DNA of 63,693 nt, counting the filler. It is 4 parts of 4 records of this genome, joined end to end, with 100 filler letters (N's around TTAATTAATTAA, not from the genome) between each part and the next. Parts side by side here need not be neighbours in the genome. Positions count along the whole stretch, not along the records: positions 37,088 to 63,693 come from DRR723986_12887; 3 more parts are not named here. One strand, given 5' to 3'. A model generated the notes under the pieces. The model ran no database searches and had not been told where the DNA came from. It was given only the letters and a program-made list of their open reading frames with translations. Positions 48,103 to 58,208 of this stretch are shown piece after piece (within the stretch, counting starts at the first letter, position 1; each line of letters begins with the position of its first letter). A program made the position numbers and the translations under genes.

Positions 48103-49920
48103 ATGAATAAATTCTTTTCAACTCAGTTATTACTGCTACTACTGATTTCTTTTGGCCTTTCTGCTCAGAATCAGGCAGCATTTCAAATCCATTCCCACAA
48201 CGACTATTTGCAGACTGTGCCTTTTTGGACGGCCTATGGTGCAGGAGCTACTTCCATTGAAGTCGATTTAATCCTGCAAGATGGTATTCTGATGGCTGCT
48301 CATGAAGTGGAGAGTATTGACTCTCGACGTACCATAGAAAGTTTGTATTTAGACCCCATTAAAGAAGGCTTAAAAAATGATATTATTCCTTCCATCAATT
48401 TTCATTTGCTGGTGGACCTAAAGACGGAAGCCTATTCTACTTTGGAAGTATTAGAGCAAAGCATGTTGAACTATCAGGATGTACTTTTTTCTGAAAGTAA
48501 TCCGGGTGGATTGAAATTGATTATTTCCGGAAATAGACCAAAACCTGACGATTATAAAAATTATCCGGATTGGATGCTTTTTGATTATCAAAGTAAGGAC
48601 TTAAGCAAGGATTTGCCTTGGGATAAAATCGGAATGGTAAGCTTAAGTTTTAGGCAGTTTTCTATTTGGAATGGAAAAGGGAGAATGGTGGAAGAACAAC
48701 GTGCGAAGCTCCAAAATTTCATTGATTTGGTTCATAGTTTTGGTAAGCCTGTGCGCTTTTGGGGATCACCGGATAGCAAGTCTGCATGGAAGGCTTTCTA
48801 TGAAATGGGTGAAGATTACATCAACACAGATCATCCAAATGAGGCTGCTGGTTACCTCAGTAAGCTGACTAAAAATGTCTATCATAATACCACAAAACAT
48901 GAAGTGTATCAGCCTACATTCGAACTGGATGGAGCCAATGTGTCTGTGCGAAATGTGATTCTGATGATAGGGGATGGTAATGGCTTGGCTCAGATTTCTG
49001 CAGCTTTATTTTCCAATGGTAATCAATTGAACCTGACTCAGCTGAAGAATCTCGGTTTGGTGAAAACTCAAGCGGCAGACGATTTTACAACTGACTCAGC
49101 GGCTGGAGCCACAGCCTATGCCACAGGCAAAAAAACAAACAATCGAGCCTTGGGAGTGGATTCAGAAGGAAAGGCTTTGGCAAATCTGCCAGACATCTTG
49201 GATCAGTATGGTTTTGCGAGCGGCATCATCACCACTGATCAATTGACAGGGGCAACGCCAGCCTCTTTCTATGCGCATCATCCTGAGCGTGACGATGCAG
49301 ATCAGATTGCATCGTATTTGTCTAAAAGTAAATTGGACATGTTTATCGCTGGTGGAGGAGCAAAATTTTCCTCAGAGTCGAAAAATCTCCAAGATGCTGG
49401 TTTCACCATGGTGGAGAATCTGGGCGAAACATCGGCGGAGAGAATAGGTTATTTTGTTGCAAATGATGCTTTGCCTAAAAAGCTGGAAGGAAGAGGAGAA
49501 TATTTGGTAGAAAGCACCGCCTTTGGTCTTAACTTTTTAGCGAAAAAAAACACACCTTTTTTCCTAATGGTGGAGGCAGCCAATATCGATTCGGGAGGGC
49601 ATGAGAATAACAGCTCCATGATAGTTTCCGAAATGCTGGATTTTGATCAGGCAATAGCTGAAGTGATACAGTTTGCAGATCAAAATCCCGGAACTTTGGT
49701 CATCATTACTGCCGATCATGAGACAGGCGGTGTTTCTATTCCGCAGGGGGATATTGCAACTGGAACTGTAGAGCTAGCTTACCATTCTGATGATCATACC
49801 GGGATTATGGTTCCGATTTTTGCTTACGGTGCACATTCGGGTGATTTCAGAGGGGTTTATGAAAATACTGAAGTATTCCATAAAATCATGAAATTGGTAA
49901 AGCACTATCACTCCAAATAA
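48103..49920 (+). CDS. PLC-like/GDPD domain fused to PhoA-type alkaline phosphatase
   Basis: Signal peptide; N-terminal HSHNDY and SIEVD; C-terminal IGDGNG, TDSAAGATA (catalytic Ser), ATPA, IDSGGH, ADHETGG and HTG. Confidence 0.88.
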   Translation: MNKFFSTQLLLLLLISFGLSAQNQAAFQIHSHNDYLQTVPFWTAYGAGATSIEVDLILQDGILMAAHEVESIDSRRTIESLYLDPIKEGLKNDIIPSINFHLLVDLKTEAYSTLEVLEQSMLNYQDVLFSESNPGGLKLIISGNRPKPDDYKNYPDWMLFDYQSKDLSKDLPWDKIGMVSLSFRQFSIWNGKGRMVEEQRAKLQNFIDLVHSFGKPVRFWGSPDSKSAWKAFYEMGEDYINTDHPNEAAGYLSKLTKNVYHNTTKHEVYQPTFELDGANVSVRNVILMIGDGNGLAQISAALFSNGNQLNLTQLKNLGLVKTQAADDFTTDSAAGATAYATGKKTNNRALGVDSEGKALANLPDILDQYGFASGIITTDQLTGATPASFYAHHPERDDADQIASYLSKSKLDMFIAGGGAKFSSESKNLQDAGFTMVENLGETSAERIGYFVANDALPKKLEGRGEYLVESTAFGLNFLAKKNTPFFLMVEAANIDSGGHENNSSMIVSEMLDFDQAIAEVIQFADQNPGTLVIITADHETGGVSIPQGDIATGTVELAYHSDDHTGIMVPIFAYGAHSGDFRGVYENTEVFHKIMKLVKHYHSK

Positions 49921-49928
49921 GTTGCTTT

Positions 49929-50120
49929 CTATCGCTTGCCTACCAAAGTAAAGGGCAGCATAAAGATGTTTCTGATCAGGTCAAAGGAAAGGTCAACAGC
50001 AAATCCCAATAGCCTAAAAGGAAGTAAAAGAAGCCATACTATGGGGTAGAGGAGAAGAGCGATAATTGCCAATGGCCAGCAAAGGATAAAGAGGATGCAC
50101 CAAAGAAGGAAGCTTAGCAT
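49929..50120 (-). CDS. Small hydrophobic membrane protein
   Basis: 63 aa, almost entirely hydrophobic, with a WP...YP...LP periodicity and ATG in an AT-rich Bacteroidota-style context. Confidence 0.65.
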   Translation of the reverse strand: MLSFLLWCILFILCWPLAIIALLLYPIVWLLLLPFRLLGFAVDLSFDLIRNIFMLPFTLVGKR

Positions 50121-51072
50121 AGTTTGTTTTTAGGATTGAGAGATTCAATACTTATTCCAATCTCAATTAAATCGATTTTTAGCTAATACACGCAGGTTGA
50201 AGGTAATTTCTGTCACGAAACCGAACACGAAAATTGGGATTTTCGGACATTTTATTGGGAAAAGTTAATTTTTTCCGGACTCATGAATTAGTCTATGAGG
50301 TGCTTTCAATTCATTTGATAAAAAACATGATTACTAAAATTGTTCAATTTGGAGTTTTAAGGTATCAGAATCCATCATGGATAGATTTTTCTTTGCTAAA
50401 AAGGAAATGGTGGTTTATTTATATTTAATATTTTTTATTAGAAATGTAAAATTTAGCTAAGTAGGGTAATAGCTTGTATTTTTGATTGTTAATATTTTTT
50501 TATTACTCAGGTCAAATGATAAATTTTTTTGTTTAAATTAGGAAGAGGTCTTTTTCACAGGGCTGGTATGTTTAAATTGATTTATTAATACTCTAAATGA
50601 GTTTAGTTCAATTAATATTGGATATGTTTAATAATTTTGTTAAATCTTAACTTTCGGTATTACTAATTTTAAAAATTTGAATCTCTAATTGTGATTCTAT
50701 GCTGCTTTTGCATAAGATTCATTTTTTATATTACGAATTACTTTATATAGGTGTTTTGGGATACCTGACATTTATATATAGAGTGTAATTCTTTGTTTAT
50801 CAGTGTTTTAATTCTTTTTAGGTTGATTTGGTCTTGGTTATGAATATTTAGATTAGATCTCTATGGTTTTATATTATTTATTGTTTGACGTTTCAACTAG
50901 TTTTTAAATAATTTTTACATAAAAAAGTGCCAATGAATTAAACTAAAGGAACCTTTGAAAGGAGCAGTTGATATTTTAGAAAATTCCTCGCTGCACAATA
51001 CTCGGTAATCTGTTTTTTGAAAAATAATTACAGAATATTTTTAGTCAATTTTAATAATAAACCTCACATAAT

Positions 51073-54000
51073 ATGAAATCAACATTACATAGACGACTCT
51101 TGCGGGTGTCTAAAAGAGTCCTGTATGGGTTCTTAATTCAACTTATGTTTAGTGCTATAGTAATTACAAGTGCTAATGCAGATCCCCTGATAAATTTAAT
51201 AATAGCGGATGTAACTGTAACCGGGAAAGTCTTGGATGAAACAGGATTACCACTTCCTGGTGCTACAGTATCAGTAGCTGGTACTACTTCTGGTACCATT
51301 ACAGACATAGATGGCAAGTATACAATTACTGTGGCTGACAATGCTGAGCTGATATTTTCCTACATAGGATATGAGCCACAGCGAGTAACAGTTGGTTCTC
51401 AATCTGTCATCAACATTACTCTTAGACCTGATGCAACAGCATTAGATGAGGTGGTCGTAATTGGATACGGAACTACCAAAAGAAGTGATTTGACGGGCTC
51501 GGTAGGTTCTGTAGGTGCAGAAGCACTGAGAGAGCGTCCAGCTGCATCTCTAAATCAAGCGTTGGCGGGAAGAATTTCCGGTGTTCAAGTAAACAATAAC
51601 TCAGGAAGACCAGGGGGAAGAACTACTGTGAGAATCAGGGGTTTCAGTTCAATCAACTCATCCAACAATCCTCTATATGTGATAGATGGTGTCCAGATGC
51701 CGATGAGTACTTTGGATCAGCAAAGTAGTGCAGTTGATTACATCAACCCTAACGATATCGTATCAGTAGAAGTATTAAAGGATGCTTCATCTACTGCTAT
51801 TTATGGTTCCAGAGGAGCAAATGGTGTCATTCTCATAACTACCAAAAAAGGTAAATCAGGCGAAGGAAGTGTGACCTATAATGTGGACTTAAGTGTTCCT
51901 ATCATCGGTCCCAATAGGCCGGAAGTATTGAATGCCGAGCAATACCTAGCTGTGGAAGATCTGGCTTGGGCAAATATGGCCAAATATGATCCAGAAGGAT
52001 GGAATGCTGGCAAATGGGCATATCTGAACCCAGCTCTTCGTAGAACTGACCCGCGCATTTTTGATAGCCAAGGAAATCCACTTTACGATACCGATTGGCT
52101 AAAAGAAACTACTCAAAATAAACTTTCTCAAAACCATCAATTAGGCTTTACAGGAGGTAACGAACGTACTTCATATTCTCTTTCTTTAGGATACAGAGAT
52201 GATGAAGGCTTAGTGAAAACATCCTATTTAAAAAGATATTCTACGCGTTTTACCATAGAAGATAAAGTGAAAACTTGGTTGACAGTAGGTGGTAGTCTTA
52301 GCTATAATAATCAGTCAGAAAATCTAGTCGATGTATCTGATGCGGTAGCTAGACAAATGGTAGAGGATTTTCCTTTCCTTCCTGTGAAATACGAAGATGG
52401 TACGTTTGCAAATAACAGAGATTATCCATTTGCTGAGGGCACCATGAGTTCCATGCACAGATTGTCTGGAAGGAGATATATTCTCAATACGCAAACAACT
52501 TTGGGAAGTGCGTATACCAATATCAAGTTTTCTGATGCACTTCAAATGAGAACTGCCTTGGGGGTAAATATCCTAACCCAAGAAAATGATAGATCTGAGA
52601 CAAGGACCTTGGCCATAGGTCAAAGTGGTACCGCATCCAAAAGTTTAAGTAAAAACACCTTCTGGTCTCTGGAAAATTACTTGACTTATAATAAGGTATT
52701 TGCTGAAAGACATGCTGTTGAAGGATTACTGGGTATTTCCTGGCAAGAGAGCAATTTCTCTTCCATGAGTGCTAGTATCCAGAATTTTTCAACAGATTAC
52801 TTCCTGTATAATAACCTTGGAGCTGGAAGTCAATTACCTAGGGTAGGTTCTGGTGCAGCGCGCGAAGCATTGAATTCCTATTTTGCTAGAATTAATTATA
52901 TTCTGGATGATAAGTATTTGTTTACTGCGACTGGTCGTGCCGATGGTTCATCCAAATTCGGTGACAATAACAAGTATGCCTTTTTCCCTTCTGCCGCATT
53001 AGCTTGGAGAGTTTCTGAGGAAGGATTTTTAAAGGGTAATTCAACTATCTCAAACCTGAAGATTAGAACGAGTTATGGGTTGACAGGTAACTCTGAAATT
53101 CCGCCTTACTCCTCACTTTCTTTATTAAGCTCTAATTATTCAGCTATTTACAACGAGAATCAAGTGGGTGGAACTGGTATCAATAGACTAGCAAATCCGG
53201 ATTTGAAATGGGAGAAAACAGCTCAGACGGATTTTGGGGTTGAGCTAGGGATGTTCAATAATAGATTGAATTTGGAAGTGGATCTGTATTACAGAAAAAC
53301 TACTGACATGCTATTGGATTCCCCAGTACCAAGAACAAGTGGCTATGCGACCATTCGAAGCAATGTAGGTTCCATGGAGAACAAAGGGATAGAATTCACT
53401 CTAAATTCCGTGAATTATGAATCAGAAAATTTCAGCTGGAATACTTCTTTTAACCTTTCGCTAAATAGAAACAAGGTTTTATCATTAGCTACGCCAGCAG
53501 ATATTTTCGGTGTAGGTGGTCCTAATTTTACTAATCAAACCAACATAATCAGAGTAGGTGAGCCAGTAGGTTCATTCTGGGGACTTGTAAGATTGGGTAC
53601 TTGGAGTGAGGCAGAAAGAGCAGAAGCTGCGGAATTTGTGAGTTATAGAAATGGACTCACTATTCTTCCAGGAGATATCAAATATTTAGACGTAAACGGT
53701 GATAAAGCAATCAACGATTCGGACAGAATGATCATAGGTAACGGTAGTCCTGATTTCTGGGGAGCAATCTCCAATAGCTTCAGATTTTACAATTTTGACC
53801 TTACTGTTGAGCTGCAATACAGTGTGGGTAATGATGTACTAGATATGACACTTCACCCAAGTGAAGATCGTCAGGCTTTAGCAAATAGCTACACTTCAGT
53901 ATTGAATGCATGGACACCTCAGAATCAAAATACGATGATTGCTGAGATACGTGATACTCGTGCTGGATATGTAACAAATGTGGATTCACACTGGGTGAAA

Positions 54001-54264
54001 GATGGTTCCTTCCTTAGAGGTAGAAACCTGTTACTGGGATATAATTTTCCTTCAAATGTTACCAGCGCTATCAAGCTAAGTAGATTGAGAGCCTATGCCT
54101 CAGCTCAGAATTTCTTCCTTTTGACAGGAAAAGATATCAATGGAGATCCTGAAACAACACCTATACGAGGTGGTGACGGTAGTAATGTGTTCTCACAGGG
54201 TATGAACTGGCACAGTTATCCAAGACCTACAATTTTTATGTTCGGTCTACAGGTGACTCTTTAA
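51073..54264 (+). CDS. SusC/RagA TonB-dependent transporter (2)
   Basis: VVVIGYGT, DIVSVEVLKDASSTAIYGSRGANGVILITTK, RADGSSKF and NPDLKWE. Confidence 0.94.
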   Translation: MKSTLHRRLLRVSKRVLYGFLIQLMFSAIVITSANADPLINLIIADVTVTGKVLDETGLPLPGATVSVAGTTSGTITDIDGKYTITVADNAELIFSYIGYEPQRVTVGSQSVINITLRPDATALDEVVVIGYGTTKRSDLTGSVGSVGAEALRERPAASLNQALAGRISGVQVNNNSGRPGGRTTVRIRGFSSINSSNNPLYVIDGVQMPMSTLDQQSSAVDYINPNDIVSVEVLKDASSTAIYGSRGANGVILITTKKGKSGEGSVTYNVDLSVPIIGPNRPEVLNAEQYLAVEDLAWANMAKYDPEGWNAGKWAYLNPALRRTDPRIFDSQGNPLYDTDWLKETTQNKLSQNHQLGFTGGNERTSYSLSLGYRDDEGLVKTSYLKRYSTRFTIEDKVKTWLTVGGSLSYNNQSENLVDVSDAVARQMVEDFPFLPVKYEDGTFANNRDYPFAEGTMSSMHRLSGRRYILNTQTTLGSAYTNIKFSDALQMRTALGVNILTQENDRSETRTLAIGQSGTASKSLSKNTFWSLENYLTYNKVFAERHAVEGLLGISWQESNFSSMSASIQNFSTDYFLYNNLGAGSQLPRVGSGAAREALNSYFARINYILDDKYLFTATGRADGSSKFGDNNKYAFFPSAALAWRVSEEGFLKGNSTISNLKIRTSYGLTGNSEIPPYSSLSLLSSNYSAIYNENQVGGTGINRLANPDLKWEKTAQTDFGVELGMFNNRLNLEVDLYYRKTTDMLLDSPVPRTSGYATIRSNVGSMENKGIEFTLNSVNYESENFSWNTSFNLSLNRNKVLSLATPADIFGVGGPNFTNQTNIIRVGEPVGSFWGLVRLGTWSEAERAEAAEFVSYRNGLTILPGDIKYLDVNGDKAINDSDRMIIGNGSPDFWGAISNSFRFYNFDLTVELQYSVGNDVLDMTLHPSEDRQALANSYTSVLNAWTPQNQNTMIAEIRDTRAGYVTNVDSHWVKDGSFLRGRNLLLGYNFPSNVTSAIKLSRLRAYASAQNFFLLTGKDINGDPETTPIRGGDGSNVFSQGMNWHSYPRPTIFMFGLQVTL

Positions 54265-54292
54265 TCCTTGTTTTACTTAAAGCGATATAACA

Positions 54293-55849
54293 ATGAAAAA
54301 TAACATATATAACAAAGCAGGCAGATTGTTCTTATTTGGAGCATTAGTGGCAGGATTTGTAGGTTGTTCGAGTTTTCTGGAGGAAGAGGATCCTTCTAAT
54401 TTGACACCGGAAAGTTTCTATACTATTCCAGACCACGCCGAAGCAGCACTTGCATCAGTTTATGCTGATACTCGATTTATAGGAGGAGATGGAGGAATCT
54501 TTTCTTCTACCTGGCAATTATTGGAAGCTCCAACAGGTACATCTACCACTGAAACAGCACAAAATTCCGATTTGAATAACCTATATGGTCTAATCTATGA
54601 TGGAAGAACTCAGCATGTGATCAACTGGTGGAATGGCTTGTATAAAGTGATTGCGCAAGCCAATTTGGTGTTGGAGAAAGTGCCGGCAATTACGCCAATG
54701 GATGCTGCACAGAAAACGAAAATCCTTGGTGAAGCAAGATTCTTGAGAGCCTGGGCTTATTTCTATGCAGTTAGACTTTGGGGTGATGTGCCATTGATTA
54801 CGTTGCCACAAACAGCCAGTTCTGAAGATTTTAGACCGGCACCTGCTTCGCAAGAGGACGTTTACGCCTTGATCGTTGAGGATTTGAAAGCGGCGGAATC
54901 AGCAGGCTTACCGTGGATGGACAATAGTGGTAGGGCTTCTTTAGCTGCTGCCAAATCATTGTTGGCGAAGGTCTATTTAACTATGGCAGGATTTCCATTG
55001 AGTTTGGGAGCATCTCATTACCAAATGGCTGCTGATAAGTCAAAAGAGGTGATCGATTACGCTAACAGTAATCCTTTATCTATTAATTTGTTTCCTACCT
55101 ATAAGGCAATCCACGATGAGAATAACGACAACATTCTAGAGCATATTTTCATGCTTCAGTACAACGTAATCGTTGCTGGTAATCCAATGAATAATATGTT
55201 TCCAAACTTTAAGCCGGTAACATTCGCAGGACCTTCAGGTACGGGGAGTACTGTGCCGACTGAGGATTTCTACAATTCATATGAGCCTGGAGATAAGAGG
55301 GCGGTGAATCAGGAAGGGTTCTTTTATACTACTTACTATACGAATGGTAGCGGTGCTGAATTTGACCTAGGTGCCCCGTATATTTTCAAGCATTTTAATC
55401 AGATGGCATTGGGCACTAAAGACCAGCCTGGCACTAGAGCTAATAATCTCAATGTCCCATTGATCAGATTTGCGGAAGTATTGTTGATCTACGCAGAGGC
55501 ACAGAACGAAGTTGGGGGTCCAAATGCTTTGGCGGTTGAAAGCTTGAAGAGAATTCGAGACAGAGCGGGACTAAGTACTCCATCTGTGGGCGGATTTACT
55601 GCAGATACATTCAGAGAAGCGGTGTTAAGAGAGAGATGGCATGAGCTCTGCTACGAGCAGATTACTTGGTTCGATATGCTTCGCTTGCGCAAAGTGTACA
55701 ATGAAGCTACCAATGGATTTGACAATTTTGAAGGACATACCAATCCAAGCTCTAATCAAACGCTCCAGGCAAAGCATTACTTAATGCCTTATCCACTTCC
55801 AGAAATGCAGAATAACCCAAATCTGACTCCTCAGAATCCTGGGTATTAA
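54293..55849 (+). CDS. SusD/RagB lipoprotein (2)
   Basis: Lipobox FVGC, GEARFLRAWAYF, WGDVP, RFAEVLLIYAEA, ERWHELCYE and QNPGY. Confidence 0.93.
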   Translation: MKNNIYNKAGRLFLFGALVAGFVGCSSFLEEEDPSNLTPESFYTIPDHAEAALASVYADTRFIGGDGGIFSSTWQLLEAPTGTSTTETAQNSDLNNLYGLIYDGRTQHVINWWNGLYKVIAQANLVLEKVPAITPMDAAQKTKILGEARFLRAWAYFYAVRLWGDVPLITLPQTASSEDFRPAPASQEDVYALIVEDLKAAESAGLPWMDNSGRASLAAAKSLLAKVYLTMAGFPLSLGASHYQMAADKSKEVIDYANSNPLSINLFPTYKAIHDENNDNILEHIFMLQYNVIVAGNPMNNMFPNFKPVTFAGPSGTGSTVPTEDFYNSYEPGDKRAVNQEGFFYTTYYTNGSGAEFDLGAPYIFKHFNQMALGTKDQPGTRANNLNVPLIRFAEVLLIYAEAQNEVGGPNALAVESLKRIRDRAGLSTPSVGGFTADTFREAVLRERWHELCYEQITWFDMLRLRKVYNEATNGFDNFEGHTNPSSNQTLQAKHYLMPYPLPEMQNNPNLTPQNPGY

Positions 55850-55877
55850 AGAATAGTTTTAGAATTAATAGTGAATT

Positions 55878-55908
55878 AAAAGGGCTCCTACATAGGAGCC
55901 CTTTTTTT
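55878..55908. terminator. Bidirectional terminator between susD2 and the sulfatase
   Basis: AAAAGGGCTCCTA-CA-TAGGAGCCC-T7. Confidence 0.85.
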
Positions 55909-55949
55909 GATTTTTTTGAAGACAATTGAACTTGACCTTCAGACATACC

Positions 55950-57434
55950 TTACTTTTCCAGATTTCCAAAATACCTATTCAGCGTATATTCTGGCTGCCA
56001 TCGGTCTGGTTGACGGGTAAGTGTGGCTGGATCATATTCCAATGGCTTGATTACTTTAGTAGTAAATGCTGCGGTATCATCCGCGTTTTTTTGCCAGTCT
56101 TTGAGCAAAGTGATTAACTCTTCCTTAGTTCCGGAATACTCCTTGTTTTCTGCCAGATTATTCAATTCTAAGGGATCATTTTTCAAGTTGAAAAGCTGGA
56201 AATAATCACGCTCAGGATAGCGAATTAACTTCCATTCTGCTGTTCTGACTGCACGCACTGTATATCGGTAAGCAGTAAATAAGCTATTTCTAACTTCCTT
56301 TTCTTTTCCTTTTAAGATGGGAGTCAAGCTTTTTCCATCCACTTGATTTGGTTTAGGTAAGCCAGCCAATTCTGAAAGGGTAGGGTACAAGTCGTAGAGA
56401 TAAACCATCGCGTCGAAAGTCTCATTTTTCGGAACGCCAGGGCCTTTGATGATCATAGGGACATTGGTGCTATGCTCGTAAAGGCTTTGCTTTCCTAGCA
56501 ATCCATGACTTCCCGCTGCTAGCCCATTATCTGCTGCGTAAACGATGATGGTGTTATCGTAAAGGTTATTATCCTTTAAGGTTTGGATGATTTTGCCAAT
56601 CTGGCTATCCAAGTGAGTCACCAAAGCATAATAGTCTGAAAGTATCATCTGGATCACTTCCGGCTTTCTTGGCCAGTCCGTTAGCAATTCATCACGGACC
56701 ATTAAATTATCAAACTCGAAGGGATGATATGGTTTGTAATTTCCTGGAAGGGGCAAAGAACCATCTGGATAGTGAGAAATGTAGCCTGCTTCCGGAGAGT
56801 AAGGGTCATGTGGTGCTGTGAATGCTACGTAAGCAAAGAATGGTTTGTCAGAACCTGCCTTCGCATGAGAATTAATGAAATCAATAGCACCTTGAGCAAA
56901 TACTTCGGTGGAATATCCTTTTTGGGTTGGCTCACCTAGTTTTCCGTTTTCGTCGTAATCACGCAGCGCTACACTGTAGTGATCAGCCATTCCACCTAGG
57001 TAGACATTTTTTGCCTGCTGAAAACTAGCTTCGAATGCGGTCTTCTCATTATGCCATTTGCCAGTGCCGAATGTAGAATATCCTGCCTGTGCAAAGTCCA
57101 TAGGCATGGTTCGTTCACCTTGGAGCTTGTCATAGACATGAAACAAGCTTTTTCCACTTAAAAGCATAGCTCGGCTTGCTGCGCAAACAGCTCCATGATT
57201 TCCGCCCATTACATAGGCATTGGCAAATCGGCTACCTTCACTAGCCAACTGATCCAGATTTGGTGTTTGGATGTAAGGATTTCCAGATACCCCTAATGCA
57301 TCGGCTCGCTGATCATCAGCAAAAAGAAAGAGGACGTTGGGTTTACTTTGTGATGTCTGGGCTAGGTTTTCTTGTGTTGAAATAAGAGATAAAAGCGCTA
57401 TTCCTAGACAGAAAACTGTGGTTTTACTATTCAT
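55950..57434 (-). CDS. Formylglycine-type (S1) sulfatase, choline-sulfatase-like
   Basis: Signal peptide, PNVLFLFADDQR, CAASRAMLLSG, GKWH, APHDP, ADNG and GKQSLYE. Confidence 0.9.
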   Translation of the reverse strand: MNSKTTVFCLGIALLSLISTQENLAQTSQSKPNVLFLFADDQRADALGVSGNPYIQTPNLDQLASEGSRFANAYVMGGNHGAVCAASRAMLLSGKSLFHVYDKLQGERTMPMDFAQAGYSTFGTGKWHNEKTAFEASFQQAKNVYLGGMADHYSVALRDYDENGKLGEPTQKGYSTEVFAQGAIDFINSHAKAGSDKPFFAYVAFTAPHDPYSPEAGYISHYPDGSLPLPGNYKPYHPFEFDNLMVRDELLTDWPRKPEVIQMILSDYYALVTHLDSQIGKIIQTLKDNNLYDNTIIVYAADNGLAAGSHGLLGKQSLYEHSTNVPMIIKGPGVPKNETFDAMVYLYDLYPTLSELAGLPKPNQVDGKSLTPILKGKEKEVRNSLFTAYRYTVRAVRTAEWKLIRYPERDYFQLFNLKNDPLELNNLAENKEYSGTKEELITLLKDWQKNADDTAAFTTKVIKPLEYDPATLTRQPDRWQPEYTLNRYFGNLEK

Positions 57435-58089
57435 TATTTGATTCTATCTGTGTATAACCGTATTTGGCTATGACTTTTTCTTTTTCTTCTTTGCCTTTTT
57501 CAGTCAGGTAGGGATTGATTATTGCCCAGATACTTTTGACCATTTCTCCCTTTTCAGTAAAGTTGTAGGTAATTAATACCTCACGTTGTGATAGCCAAAA
57601 GGAAATAACCATACGGATAATATGTTGTATTCTTTCAGCTTCCTCAGCGTAATTACTTGCGATAAAGTTCTCTTCAATTAGCCTTTCGAAAAGAAGTTCA
57701 GTTTGTGATTTTCTGAGTTCTAAGGTACTTTGTATCAATTTGCTTACCTCTGGGAATGAGCGGGTGATTTCCAGGACGTCTAGGTTGAAAAATCTATATC
57801 TGTACTGGAACTCTTCAAACTGGATCAATAGCAAATGGAAGTTTTCTATTGAGGAAATGATAGTGTTTTGATTTTCATAAATCCCACTCATTTCTTCCCT
57901 CATTTTCTCATGGATTGCCAATATCAAATCCTCTTTGGTTTTATAGTGGTAATCTAAATTGCCATGGCTAATGCCTATTTCTCCAGCAATATGCCGACTA
58001 GTCACGCCTTGGACGCCTACTTCGTTGTATTGCTTGATGGCAGTTAGTAAGATTTTATCCTTTGTTTTGATCTTTTTAGATTTTTCCAT
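57427..58089 (-). CDS. TetR/AcrR family transcriptional regulator
   Basis: N-terminal HTH TSRHIAGEIGISHGNLDYHYKTKEDL. Confidence 0.9.
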   Translation of the reverse strand: MEKSKKIKTKDKILLTAIKQYNEVGVQGVTSRHIAGEIGISHGNLDYHYKTKEDLILAIHEKMREEMSGIYENQNTIISSIENFHLLLIQFEEFQYRYRFFNLDVLEITRSFPEVSKLIQSTLELRKSQTELLFERLIEENFIASNYAEEAERIQHIIRMVISFWLSQREVLITYNFTEKGEMVKSIWAIINPYLTEKGKEEKEKVIAKYGYTQIESNNE

Positions 58090-58142
58090 TTCGATTTATT
58101 GATACTTAAAAAAAGATGGGCATTCAAGATAATCTGAAATAA

Positions 58143-58173
58143 TAAAAAAGGAGATTATAAATCCCCTTTTTTA
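58143..58173 (-). terminator. Terminator after susD3
   Basis: Inverted repeat TAAAAAAGGAGATT...AATCCCCTTTTTTA downstream of the susD3 stop. Confidence 0.6.
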
Positions 58174-58208
58174 CTTTTATAAACCCAAATTAAACCTATG
58201 AAGTTTTT

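Noticed and set aside
50121-51072. ~950-nt very AT-rich intergenic region, including ORF 50234-50428
   Set aside because: No repeats, RNA motif or credible ORF seen; long AT-rich leaders are common before susC genes.
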